DNA of 64,000 nt. Source: Thermoproteota archaeon. GTDB lineage: Archaea; Korarchaeota; Korarchaeia; Korarchaeales; Korarchaeaceae. Both the position numbers and the translations under genes were made by a program. The DNA is taken from NCBI GenBank assembly GCA_027491735.1, contig JAOZGP010000023.1, positions 1-64,000 of the forward strand, given 5' to 3'. Of the stretch, positions 9,932 through 19,523 are shown piece by piece. Position 1 is the stretch's first letter. The number at the start of each line of letters is the position of its first letter. The notes under the pieces were generated by a model. It saw only the letters and a program-made list of their open reading frames with translations. It ran no database searches and had not been told where the DNA came from.

Positions 9932-10729
9932 ATGACCTACGACTGGGTGAAGAGGCTCTTTGTGGACAACGCTGACATTTACCTTAAGATAATGGACTCA
10001 CTCTGGTCCGATGGAGATATGCTGTCTGAGGGGATAACTCGAGTCCTGAGGAGCTATGGTCTAGGACCTGGGGCCAGGGTGCTCGATCTACTCTGTGGTA
10101 ACGGAAGAGTTTCAGTCAACCTGGCCAAGAGGGGGTTCGAGGTCACGGGAGTGGATATCTCCTTTCCCTTTGTGATGAACGCCAGGGAGAAGGCCAAGAA
10201 GGTCGGCGTCGATGACAGAACCAACTTCGTAGCAGGGGATGTGAGGGAGCTGAGGAGGATCCTGAAGCCCGAGGACAGGTACGACGTGGTGCTTATTGTG
10301 TGGAGCAGCCTAGGCTATTACGATGAGATGACTGATCTTGAGGTCCTAAAGCAGGCGAGGGAGTTCTCGGAGGGCAATGCTGTTCTGGTCATAGCGGACA
10401 CGATTCACAGGGATTTGGTGACAGGTAGCTGCTATAACAGCAGGAGAACATTCACAATGCATGGGGATGTCCTCCTCCTCGAGAAGAACTTCTTCAACCC
10501 ATTGAATTCCAAGATGATCTCGGACTGGATCATCTACGAGGATGAGGGTGCCATACTAAGGAAGAAGCTCTCAATAACGATAGAGGTTCGAATATACACT
10601 GTGACCGAGCTTGTGAACCTCCTCAGGCAGGCGGGGTGGGGAGTCGACTCGATATATGGGGATCTCAGGAGGCTTCAACCCTTCAATCCATCCACATCAA
10701 AGCTCAACCTGGTAGCAAGGGCTCTTTGA
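9932..10729 (+). CDS. Class I SAM-dependent methyltransferase
   Basis: VLDLLCGNGR motif I, VTGVDIS, FVAGDVREL, YDVVL..WSSLGY; start set at ATG 9932 after GGTG RBS. Confidence 0.85.
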   Translation: MTYDWVKRLFVDNADIYLKIMDSLWSDGDMLSEGITRVLRSYGLGPGARVLDLLCGNGRVSVNLAKRGFEVTGVDISFPFVMNAREKAKKVGVDDRTNFVAGDVRELRRILKPEDRYDVVLIVWSSLGYYDEMTDLEVLKQAREFSEGNAVLVIADTIHRDLVTGSCYNSRRTFTMHGDVLLLEKNFFNPLNSKMISDWIIYEDEGAILRKKLSITIEVRIYTVTELVNLLRQAGWGVDSIYGDLRRLQPFNPSTSKLNLVARAL

Positions 10730-10730
10730 G

Positions 10731-13343
10731 ATGAGGGAGTACAGCAAGGAGGAGGTACTCAGGAGGCTGAACCCCCTTGTAGCCCGCTGGTTTGACACAG
10801 GTTTCGAGGACCTGACCCCTCCCCAGAGGTACGCTATAGTACCCATAATGGAGGGAAGGAACGTACTGGTCTCCAGTCCAACGGGTTCAGGAAAGACCCT
10901 CACAGCTTTTCTCACCGTGATAAACGAGCTCTTCAACCTGGCCCTGAGAGGAGAGCTAAAGGACCGGATCTATGCTGTCTACATATCCCCATTGAGGGCC
11001 CTGGGGAACGACATATACAGGAATCTACAGGTCCCCCTGGAGGGTATAGCAGATATGGCACGATCGAAGGGAGTCGAGTTACCGGAGATAAGGCATGCTG
11101 TCCGCACAGGAGACACATCTCAATCCGAGAGGCAGAAACAGCTCAGGAGACCTCCTCACATACTGATAACCACACCGGAGACCTTTGCCATAGTGCTCAC
11201 AGCTCCCAAGTTCAGAGAAAAGCTCAGATCGGTCAAATGGGTCATAATTGACGAGATACACAGCCTTGTGGAGAACAAGAGAGGATCACATCTCTCACTT
11301 TCTCTAGAGAGGTTCTCCCACTTCTTAGGAAGGGACTTTGTTAGGATAGGTCTTTCAGCCACCATAAATCCGCTGGAGGAGGTGGCCAGCTTCCTGGTGG
11401 GTGTGGGAAGGAGGTGTCTGATAGTGGACACTAGGTTCGCCAAGAGGAAAGACTTAAGGGTTCTAGCGCCCGTGAGCGATATGATACATAAGGATGTAGA
11501 GGAGCAGCAGAGAAAGTTCTACGATCTGGTGGCCAGACTTGTCTCCAAGCACAAGACCTCCCTGATATTCACGAACACGAGGAGTGGAGCGGAGAGGGTT
11601 ACCTTCCATCTGAAACAGAGGTTCAAGGATGTGGAGGAGATAAGGGAGGAGATAGCCGCTCACCACAGCAGCTTGAGCAGGGACGTCCGGTTGAGAGTGG
11701 AGGACCTGATGAAGAGGGGTAAGCTCAGAGCGATAGTGAGCTCCACAAGTCTGGAGCTGGGAATAGACGTCGGATCCATAGACCTGGTGATACAGATAGG
11801 AAGCCCTAAGTCCGTTACCAGGGCTGTTCAGAGGGCCGGAAGATCTGGGCACGGTTATAAGGGGACGATAAAGGCTAGATTCATATCTATGGACAGAGAT
11901 GATGCTATCGAACTGGCCGTAATGGTGAACAAAGCTCTAGAGGGATTTCTGGATAGGGTGCACATACCAGAGAAGCCTTTGGACGTTCTCGCCCAGCAAT
12001 TGGTCGGTATGGCGATTGAGAAGAGGTGGACCATCGACGAAGCGCTCAACGTGATCAGGAAGGCGTATCCGTACAGAAACCTCTCCAAAGAGGAGTTGAT
12101 ATCCGTTCTGAAGTATCTATCTGGAGAGAACGAAAAGCTCAGGGGGAGAAAGGTCTACGGAAAGATCTGGTTCGATGAGGAGGACATGACCTTTGGGAGA
12201 AGAGGAAGGACCGTCAGAGCCATATACATGACCAACGTTGGCACTATACCAGAGCAGACCGGGATCAGAGTGCACACAATTGATGGAAGGTTTGTGGGCA
12301 AGCTGGAGGAGGAGTTCCACGAGAGGCTCTGCCCCGGGGACAGGTTCGTCTTGTCGGGTAAGGTCTTTGAGTACGTCGGGATGAAGAGGGGGAAGGCCAT
12401 CGTAAAGCCGGCCTTCGATCAGAGACCAACTGTTCCCTCTTGGTACTCTGAAATGCTACCTCTGAGCTTTGATCTAGCTCTGGAGATAGGCAAGTTCAGG
12501 AGGATGTCCATGAGGCTTCTAGCAGATGGAAGAGATGAGATGCTCAGAAAGCTTCTCAGAAAGAAGTGCAGAGCAAACGACAAGGCTGTGGAAGTGATTT
12601 ACAAATATCTGAAGATGGAACTGGAGTACCTCAGGTCTTTGGGCCTTGGTCCGGAGGATGTGCCCTCGGACAGGGTTATAGGGGTCGAGTGCTTCCTGGA
12701 CGAGGAGGGGAGGTACAGACAGATATTTCTCTCACTCTTCGGGAGGAGGGTCAACGATGCCCTGAGCAGGGCCTTGGGCTATCTGGCCTTCTCAAAGATA
12801 GGAGAACCCGTGGGGATCTCGATCACAGATAATGGATTCTCTCTAACATATCCTCTGGGACACGAACCATGTGTGGGTTTCAGGGACCTCTTGGAGATGG
12901 ATCTCAGGAATGTCCTGGAGAGGGCTGTTGGGATGACCGACCTCATGAGGTCTCGCTTCAGACATGTGGCCACCAGGGGACTCATGATACTCAGAAGCTA
13001 TAAAGGATACGAGATAAGCGTGGCTAAGCAAAGAATAACGGCTGAGTCGCTTATGAGAATAGTCATGAGGATGAAGAACTTCCCTCTTCTCAGGGAAACG
13101 TATAGGGAGATCCTGGAGGACTACATGGACATCAAAAACGCCATCAGGGTGCTCGACTGGGTCAGGTCAGGTCGGATGAGGATCGCCGACCTGGGCCTTC
13201 TGGAGGTACCCACCCCATTTGCTCAGTCCGTAGCCCTCGAGAGCTTGAGCGATGTGATATTCATGGAGGATCGTATAGCCGTGCTGAGGGAGTTTGAGGA
13301 AAGGCTGAGAAAGATAATGGCGGGGGAGGCAAGGCAGAGATGA
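10731..13343 (+). CDS. lhr: Lhr-family ATP-dependent SF2 helicase (archaeal Lhr-core type)
   Basis: SPTGSGKT, YISPLRAL.NDI, RTGDT, ITTPE, DEIH, KRG.HL.LSLER, GLSAT, HHSSL, SLELGID, QRAGRSGH, P.W.SE. Confidence 0.93.
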   Translation: MREYSKEEVLRRLNPLVARWFDTGFEDLTPPQRYAIVPIMEGRNVLVSSPTGSGKTLTAFLTVINELFNLALRGELKDRIYAVYISPLRALGNDIYRNLQVPLEGIADMARSKGVELPEIRHAVRTGDTSQSERQKQLRRPPHILITTPETFAIVLTAPKFREKLRSVKWVIIDEIHSLVENKRGSHLSLSLERFSHFLGRDFVRIGLSATINPLEEVASFLVGVGRRCLIVDTRFAKRKDLRVLAPVSDMIHKDVEEQQRKFYDLVARLVSKHKTSLIFTNTRSGAERVTFHLKQRFKDVEEIREEIAAHHSSLSRDVRLRVEDLMKRGKLRAIVSSTSLELGIDVGSIDLVIQIGSPKSVTRAVQRAGRSGHGYKGTIKARFISMDRDDAIELAVMVNKALEGFLDRVHIPEKPLDVLAQQLVGMAIEKRWTIDEALNVIRKAYPYRNLSKEELISVLKYLSGENEKLRGRKVYGKIWFDEEDMTFGRRGRTVRAIYMTNVGTIPEQTGIRVHTIDGRFVGKLEEEFHERLCPGDRFVLSGKVFEYVGMKRGKAIVKPAFDQRPTVPSWYSEMLPLSFDLALEIGKFRRMSMRLLADGRDEMLRKLLRKKCRANDKAVEVIYKYLKMELEYLRSLGLGPEDVPSDRVIGVECFLDEEGRYRQIFLSLFGRRVNDALSRALGYLAFSKIGEPVGISITDNGFSLTYPLGHEPCVGFRDLLEMDLRNVLERAVGMTDLMRSRFRHVATRGLMILRSYKGYEISVAKQRITAESLMRIVMRMKNFPLLRETYREILEDYMDIKNAIRVLDWVRSGRMRIADLGLLEVPTPFAQSVALESLSDVIFMEDRIAVLREFEERLRKIMAGEARQR

Positions 13344-14059
13344 AGGTGGAGCTCTTTCCCTATGGGGCATTCCTCAAAGATCTGGGAGTTCTCGTGGTGG
13401 CGGACCTTCATCTAGGGATCGAGGAATACCTGGACTCGCAGGGACTGCACCTCCCCTACAGCCAGCTCCCCGACATGGAGGATATGATCATCAAGGCGTT
13501 GGATAGGTATGATCCCGACGGACTGATCTTGTTGGGTGACGTGAAGCACGAGTTCGCTAGAGCGAGCGACCAGGAATGGAGGGATGTCAGGGATCTGATC
13601 TCTACCCTGAAGAGGAGGGTCAGAGTGGAGGTAGTGAGGGGCAATCACGACAATTATCTGATACCCATCCTGAGGAAAATGGATGTTCCGCTCCACGATC
13701 CAATGTTGGATTTAGGTGATGTGAAGTTGGTCCATGGTCATCGAGAGGTGGAGCTTGAGGGAACTGTTGTGATGGGACATGAGCATCCTGGTATATCTTT
13801 GAGAAAGGATTTCGGAGCGAAGGTCACCTTCAAGTGCATGCTGCACGGAGCCTTCGAGGATTTCGAAGTTTTCGTCCTCCCAGCGGCTACAACCATAGGA
13901 GGGGCGAAGGACGTGTTGTCGTCTGAGCCTCTCTCGCCAATCCTCAAGAAGTTAGATCTCTCAACCATGGAGGTTCATGTAGTCGACGAGGTTGCTGGAG
14001 TGAGAAAGCTGGGAACCTTGAGAGACTTATTGAGGGTTCTCCAATCTCAGAGATGGTGA
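13340..14059 (+). CDS. Calcineurin-like metallophosphoesterase (Lhr-associated MPE type)
   Basis: ADLHLG, LGDVKH, RGNHD, HGH, MGHEHP motifs; ATGA overlap with lhr. Confidence 0.9.
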   Translation: MKVELFPYGAFLKDLGVLVVADLHLGIEEYLDSQGLHLPYSQLPDMEDMIIKALDRYDPDGLILLGDVKHEFARASDQEWRDVRDLISTLKRRVRVEVVRGNHDNYLIPILRKMDVPLHDPMLDLGDVKLVHGHREVELEGTVVMGHEHPGISLRKDFGAKVTFKCMLHGAFEDFEVFVLPAATTIGGAKDVLSSEPLSPILKKLDLSTMEVHVVDEVAGVRKLGTLRDLLRVLQSQRW

Positions 14060-14531
14060 TCAGGGGAATAGGGGTCCTCAGGCTTGACGTGGTGAACCTC
14101 TGAGGTCCTCCATTCCTCCTTATCCTGATGGCCTCCGGGATCACCCTGTCCACCAGCCTCCTGCTGGGTCTCCCCAGCACGATGTTCGGACATCTGAGGT
14201 CCACGTAGATATAGTACATCTCGTCCAGCTGGAACGCTGCCTCCTCCCCCCTCCCATAGACCGGTTTCTTCATGACGAGAATGGGCCATGTCTTACAGAT
14301 GATTGGTTTATTATTTCCCAGGGAACATAGATTGTCCACCTGAAAGATGCACCCACCGTTCACTCTCTTGAGGACGGTTTTTCCATGGACAATTTCTAAC
14401 TTATCCCATCCATATTTGGCAGCTATCCCCACAGCTTCTTCCCTGCTCAAGGGCACATAAAACCTTCTGCAGCAGCTTCCACACGCAACGCACTCCCAGT
14501 CCTTTACCCTCCTCCATGGAATGGGAGGCAT
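13944..14531 (-). CDS. YkgJ/UPF0153 cysteine-cluster protein
   Basis: C..CG.CC ... C.F....C ... KP..C..WP pattern. Confidence 0.85.
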   Translation of the reverse strand: MPPIPWRRVKDWECVACGSCCRRFYVPLSREEAVGIAAKYGWDKLEIVHGKTVLKRVNGGCIFQVDNLCSLGNNKPIICKTWPILVMKKPVYGRGEEAAFQLDEMYYIYVDLRCPNIVLGRPSRRLVDRVIPEAIRIRRNGGPQRFTTSSLRTPIPLITISEIGEPSISLSRFPAFSLQQPRRLHEPPWLRDLTS

Positions 14532-14602
14532 CCATCTTTCTCAGAACCTCTAGCTCTAAAAAAGGTTACGTTTTAAGGTAAGCAAGTGCTCAACATATCT
14601 TT

Positions 14603-15442
14603 ATGTGGATAGATCCCATATCCCTGCTCTTCTTTCTGCTGATAGCTTATATGTTGCTTGCCCCTCAGCTCTCCTTCAGATCGATCGTCAATGCCAGGAG
14701 GACAATACTCGGAGCCCTGGCTAGAAAAAGAGGGAGCAATGTCATAACCCTGGTACACAGGCAGGAGTCCATAGGCCTTCTAGGGATTCCCCTATATAGA
14801 TATATAGATGTGGATGACTCGGAGGAGGTCCTCAGGGCCATAAGGAGAACTCCTCCTAACAAACCCATAGACCTAATAATCCACACACCAGGAGGTCTGG
14901 CTTTGGCTGCAGCCCAGATAGCCATGGCGCTGAAGGATCATCCCGCCAAGACAGCGGTGATAATTCCTCACTACGCCATGTCCGGAGGCACACTCATAGC
15001 TCTGGCTGCTGACGAGATAGTGATGGATAGACACGCAGTTCTAGGTCCAGTGGATCCGCAGCTCGGTCAGTATCCAGCTCCCTCGATAGTGAGAGCTGTG
15101 GAGGAGAAGGGCAAGGATAAGGTGAAGGACGAGACTCTCATAATGGCTGATATCGCTCAGAAGGCCATAAAGCAAGCTAGGGACCTCATAACATACTTGC
15201 TCGAGGACAAGATGGGAAAGGAAAAAGCAGCTGAGGTGGCCAGGTCGCTGACGGAGGGAAGATGGACCCATGACTATCCGATAACCATGGAGATGGCCAA
15301 ATCGCTGGGGCTCAATGTGTCCACAGATGTTCCCAAGGAGGTCTATGAGGTTATGGATCTGTACCCTCAGCCGCTCAGTCAGAGGGCGCAGAGCGTTGAG
15401 TTCGTTCCCTCCCCAGTGCCTCAGTCCAGAGGGAAGACCTGA
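14603..15442 (+). CDS. SDH-family ClpP-fold serine protease (DUF114)
   Basis: IHTPGG, HYAMSGGTLIALAADEI, LGPVDPQ, GRWTHDYPIT motifs; N-terminal TM. Confidence 0.9.
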   Translation: MWIDPISLLFFLLIAYMLLAPQLSFRSIVNARRTILGALARKRGSNVITLVHRQESIGLLGIPLYRYIDVDDSEEVLRAIRRTPPNKPIDLIIHTPGGLALAAAQIAMALKDHPAKTAVIIPHYAMSGGTLIALAADEIVMDRHAVLGPVDPQLGQYPAPSIVRAVEEKGKDKVKDETLIMADIAQKAIKQARDLITYLLEDKMGKEKAAEVARSLTEGRWTHDYPITMEMAKSLGLNVSTDVPKEVYEVMDLYPQPLSQRAQSVEFVPSPVPQSRGKT

Positions 15443-15497
15443 TCCAGTCTTCACGATCCTCCTCAAAGCTCAACAAAAGATCAGGAGATCTACACGA

Positions 15498-16157
15498 TCA
15501 ATTGCGAGGATCACTCTGGAGGAGAACTATCCTGTCCCTCTCCACGATCGCAACACCTTCTTCCTCCAACCTCCTCGTCAGCCTCACAACCCAGTACTCA
15601 TCGACTCGCAGGACATCCGAGAGCTCCTTAACAGTGTATTCCCTTTTCTCAAGTTTTTTGAACTCTTCACTTAGCTTGTCTAGGATCTTGTCCTCTGCTT
15701 GGTTGAAGAAGTCCAGATATATCACTGCCTCATCTTCCTTCACGTCAAGGAATCTCCTTACGTCCTCCACCGATGGGTTTGGAGGGAGTTTCTTCTCCTC
15801 CCTGATCCTGTCCATGAACTCCCTTAGTCTCTTGTCCAGCACGTTCATGGGAGGAACCTTAGAAAGAAGGGATATATCTATGTTCAGCGAAATCCTTCGA
15901 CTGGGTGCTCTGTAAAGCTTCACGAACCCCCTTTTTCCCTTGATCAAGGTCCACTTGACGAGTCCTGTGGAGGTAAGTATATCAAGATGTTGCACAGTTG
16001 TGGAGAGGGCCATATTCATCCTCTCCGATAGCTCCGTGGCGGTCATGCCTCTCCTGTTCTCCACCATGCTCGCTAACATCCTCACCCTGGACTCAGCGCT
16101 CAATGCGTTCAGTATTCTCTTGGCCTCCACAGGCCTGTTGAAAGGAACTCTTCTCAT
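15498..16157 (-). CDS. ArsR-family transcription regulator with an extra C-terminal winged-helix region
   Basis: ALS.ESRVRML...TATELSERM.MALSTTVQHLDIL..GLV; C-terminal TVKELSDVL...RLTRRLEEEG second HTH-like segment. Confidence 0.75.
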   Translation of the reverse strand: MRRVPFNRPVEAKRILNALSAESRVRMLASMVENRRGMTATELSERMNMALSTTVQHLDILTSTGLVKWTLIKGKRGFVKLYRAPSRRISLNIDISLLSKVPPMNVLDKRLREFMDRIREEKKLPPNPSVEDVRRFLDVKEDEAVIYLDFFNQAEDKILDKLSEEFKKLEKREYTVKELSDVLRVDEYWVVRLTRRLEEEGVAIVERDRIVLLQSDPRN

Positions 16158-16909
16158 GGTGACACCTTAAGGAGCTCCAAGCTTACCATGCTGTTTCTGC
16201 TAGTTACATCTAGGAGAAAGGCACCCGGAGATGCTGTTCCCAGGGATCTGCTCCCACCGCCCGTGAGGGTCAGCTCTCCTGACGGGGTCGTCACCTTGAC
16301 CATGCTGTTGGACGCGGAAGCATCCACAGCGACCGCTTCTGTCGGGACATATATCCTTCCGCTGATGAACGAGTTGTCGGCGTTCAGCTTCACAGTTGAG
16401 TTTCCTGATGAGTATTGGACGTGTAGGCTAACTGCTGAGCTATCTGCCGTGACCTCAAGGTCTGAGGAGAGATTGTTGAGCTTCACGACGAAGAAGGAGC
16501 TATCAGCAGTTATCTCAACTTTCCTCAGGTGATCAGGATTCACGCGTATCAGGACGCCACAGTTCTTTGCACTAATCGTAAGCACACCGTTCGAGAGAAA
16601 GGCGCGGGCCTCTCCTCCTAACTCCTTGCTCCTGGCTATCACGCTGGTGGTTCTCCCAATCCCTACCTCAACAGTCACGGGGGAGGATCTGGCTGATATG
16701 CGAAGTTCCCTGACCTCTCCAATTATGTTCTTGTGAAGTATCACCTTCCCCTCCATCATTCCCTTGAAATCCCCTCTGAAGGGAACGAACCTCTTTATCA
16801 ACCCAGTTAAGGGGCTAGGTCTGGGCTTTACCGCTGCGTTCACCAACACAGAAAGTACCATCAGCGTTATGATCACGATTCCAGCTAGAAACCTTTTGTC
16901 CTCTCTCAT
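16154..16909 (-). CDS. Membrane-anchored beta-repeat protein (DUF4097/Toastrack-like)
   Basis: N-terminal TM, then repeated I.A.SS/V.ADSS/L.ADNS/V.ASNS/V.SRNS beta-solenoid-like units; start MREDKRF after GAGGTGA. Confidence 0.5.
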   Translation of the reverse strand: MREDKRFLAGIVIITLMVLSVLVNAAVKPRPSPLTGLIKRFVPFRGDFKGMMEGKVILHKNIIGEVRELRISARSSPVTVEVGIGRTTSVIARSKELGGEARAFLSNGVLTISAKNCGVLIRVNPDHLRKVEITADSSFFVVKLNNLSSDLEVTADSSAVSLHVQYSSGNSTVKLNADNSFISGRIYVPTEAVAVDASASNSMVKVTTPSGELTLTGGGSRSLGTASPGAFLLDVTSRNSMVSLELLKVSP

Positions 16910-16913
16910 CCTC

Positions 16914-17534
16914 TCACCTCCAGTGGATAAGAGCCGGCCATCCGATGGTGAACAGGAACAACCCAAGCGAGGACAGCAGTATTGGTATTATCACACAGAT
17001 GAACGCTTGGCCTGTTGAGAAACCGTTCACCTCGCTTACTCCAACTATGAGCAGGTAGAGCGACCATATCAGGCCGACAAAGCTCATGGCCACAGATGTC
17101 ATCAGCCCCGCTATCGGGTACAGCGGGACTAGTATCAGCGGAGCGGCGGTGAAAACCTTGACTACGTAGGTGTATCCCACCACTGAGAGAGTGTCCTCAA
17201 AGCTTCCGGGACCGTCCATGACCTTGGCCACGACATATATCAGAAGTCCGTTCAGGAGCCACCCACCGAGATCGGAGATCAGGAACAGCGGGAGCATGAG
17301 GGATCCAATCACGAAGTCCATTACTCCTCCTGCTAAAAACGAAAACACTGTCCCACTGAGCACAGACGACACCACGTTTCTCACAGCAAGGTAAGATGAC
17401 ACTGTTGACAGTACAGAGAAGAGAACCACAGTAAACAGGGGCTCAAAGAAGCTCCTCTTCTCATGAACTATTGTCACCATGGTGGGCTTTGGGTTAACGA
17501 ATAGACCTCCTACCCTAGCCAGATATCCTCTCAT
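16914..17534 (-). CDS. Yip1-family membrane protein
   Basis: LFVNP start, about 5 TM segments, AK..DG.GSF.DTLSVVGY, WS.YL...GV.EVN.FS. Confidence 0.8.
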   Translation of the reverse strand: MRGYLARVGGLFVNPKPTMVTIVHEKRSFFEPLFTVVLFSVLSTVSSYLAVRNVVSSVLSGTVFSFLAGGVMDFVIGSLMLPLFLISDLGGWLLNGLLIYVVAKVMDGPGSFEDTLSVVGYTYVVKVFTAAPLILVPLYPIAGLMTSVAMSFVGLIWSLYLLIVGVSEVNGFSTGQAFICVIIPILLSSLGLFLFTIGWPALIHWR

Positions 17535-17643
17535 ATTCTCACCTAAATACTTCGATTTTAACCGAAGTTATATTATATAAACCTAACTCGTTGAGGGTGA
17601 GGTTAAAGTTAAGCTGTGGGTGTGAATATCCTTAGGTGCTGAC

Positions 17644-18882
17644 GTGCGAATTGACATAAAGAAGCTCACCATAGTGACGTACATATCTGCCGCCATCCTG
17701 GCAGGTCTGATAATATACTCCATGATGACCAGACCGATTCCTCCAAGCAATTTCACGTTGAAAACCGTGCCAACGGTGTGTAACTGTTACTCCAAGCCCT
17801 ACATTGAGAAGGAGGTCAAGATAACTAATGAGATGTTCTCCAAAGTTAACGAGATAATAGAGAAGTCCCGACCGGTCGAGGAACTAACACCGTTCATCTA
17901 TCAGATGAACTACACATACTGGGAGGCCTATAGATATCTCAAGGAGGGAGATCTGCCGAAGGCCCAGTACTACCTGCTGAGCACGATGCAATCTGCCGAC
18001 TACGTGATATCGTATAGCGAGATCGACAACTGGGGAGCTGACAAATCCCTGAGCATTGCAGAGATGAGCTACAAAGATTTTAAGGACAAGTTCAATCAGC
18101 TGCTGAGCAGGATAAAGGAGGAAGAAGGAAACATAAGCCTGGAAGATTCTCTCGGATGGCTTGGAGTCGTTGAGGAGAAGGCAGCAAGAATATGGTTCTC
18201 TCTGAACCAAACCGAGGAGTTCCTCTCGGAGGCGAGCAGGCAGAAGGACATCCAAGCCATTCCAGCCTGGAGGTACAGGATGATACAGGCTCTCAGCTCC
18301 ATGCCAGCTATTTACTACTATGAGGCCTGCGACGTGCTGAAGAACGCCAGGAAGAAGGGTGGTACCTTCGAACCTGATGAGCTGCTGAAGAAGCTCTCCG
18401 AGCAGATCTTGGATGAGATAGAGGAACTGAAGAAGGTCCCTGAAAATTCGTTAGTACATGATGAGATCACTGAGAAGAAGCTCAAAGGCTGGAGAGAAGA
18501 GGTCAGAACCCTTAAAGCACTGAGCAAGATGGGCTTGAGGTCCTACGCTCTTAGGAAGATGATACAGAACCTTGCCCTCCTCAAAACCTATGAGATCCTC
18601 TCCAAAGTGTCATCGAGGTCCCCCAAGGTCGATGAGATCATTAAGTTCAGGGATCAGATCTACAAGGAGCTCATCGGTAAGGAGAGCTTGAGCAGATCAT
18701 GGGCCTACGAGATGGCAGCGGAGCACCTGAACCTGGCCCAGTATATGCTCCTCTTCTACTTCAAGGGAGCGATTCACGAGAGCTGGGACAGGCTCTCGAA
18801 GGCGGTGTACTTCTGTCTGTACATAGCGAAGGTCTATCCGGATGAGATGGATGAGGTTCTCTCTGAGGTGCTTTCATCCTGA
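17644..18882 (+). CDS. Hypothetical protein, N-terminal membrane anchor and largely alpha-helical body
   Basis: 412-aa ORF with normal codon usage and no recognisable motif. Confidence 0.6.
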   Translation: MRIDIKKLTIVTYISAAILAGLIIYSMMTRPIPPSNFTLKTVPTVCNCYSKPYIEKEVKITNEMFSKVNEIIEKSRPVEELTPFIYQMNYTYWEAYRYLKEGDLPKAQYYLLSTMQSADYVISYSEIDNWGADKSLSIAEMSYKDFKDKFNQLLSRIKEEEGNISLEDSLGWLGVVEEKAARIWFSLNQTEEFLSEASRQKDIQAIPAWRYRMIQALSSMPAIYYYEACDVLKNARKKGGTFEPDELLKKLSEQILDEIEELKKVPENSLVHDEITEKKLKGWREEVRTLKALSKMGLRSYALRKMIQNLALLKTYEILSKVSSRSPKVDEIIKFRDQIYKELIGKESLSRSWAYEMAAEHLNLAQYMLLFYFKGAIHESWDRLSKAVYFCLYIAKVYPDEMDEVLSEVLSS

Positions 18883-19523
18883 CCTTTCCCTTCCCACGGC
18901 TCCAGCTTTGTAACCGTCACCCCGACCCTGGTTCCATCCGTGAACAGGACCTTTGATCTGACCACTACACTGTAGCCCTCAACTTCGCTCATCCAATACT
19001 CTCCTTCAGCTATCGGCATGAGGAACCTTCTGGAAAGCTCTGAGGTGACCACCCTATATCCATAGGCCTCAAAGATCACGCCTCCAGCATGTATTCTCTT
19101 GGTTCCAAGTTCCTCAACCTTGCCAAGGGTGTCCTGAGCCGCAACAAGCTCGATTATGTTGTAATCCTGCTGCTGCAGGAATATCCTTATCGGGGTGGTG
19201 ACGTACATGTAGAACTCCTCAAGTTCGAGCCCCTGATCATACTCAAATATGGTGAACCTTCCTCTGAGCGGAGTTCCGTCTTCCTTGGAGATGTAGAATA
19301 TGGCCTTGGCTGAGAGCTCTGGAGTCCATATTTGAAAGACCCAACACGGAACTCCCTTGAACATGGTCTCCTTGGCAACCTTGAGGTTGCACAGCTTCCT
19401 GGAATCGTTTATTGACACTGAGACCTGGATCTCCTTCGCCATGCGGATCAGATCCACGATGTTGGTCGGCCTCCTCAGATCCCTCACACTCACACTCCCA
19501 CACCTCCTGTGCTCTCCTCCCAC
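18834..19523 (-). CDS. Hypothetical protein (start uncertain)
   Basis: 229-aa ORF overlapping the upstream 476-aa ORF on the same strand. Confidence 0.5.
   Translation of the reverse strand: MGGEHRRCGSVSVRDLRRPTNIVDLIRMAKEIQVSVSINDSRKLCNLKVAKETMFKGVPCWVFQIWTPELSAKAIFYISKEDGTPLRGRFTIFEYDQGLELEEFYMYVTTPIRIFLQQQDYNIIELVAAQDTLGKVEELGTKRIHAGGVIFEAYGYRVVTSELSRRFLMPIAEGEYWMSEVEGYSVVVRSKVLFTDGTRVGVTVTKLEPWEGKGQDESTSERTSSISSG

Noticed and set aside
13944-14059. 116-nt convergent overlap of the MPE and YkgJ genes as antisense regulation
   Set aside because: The YkgJ tail looks low-information and is more simply explained by stop-codon drift in a compact genome.
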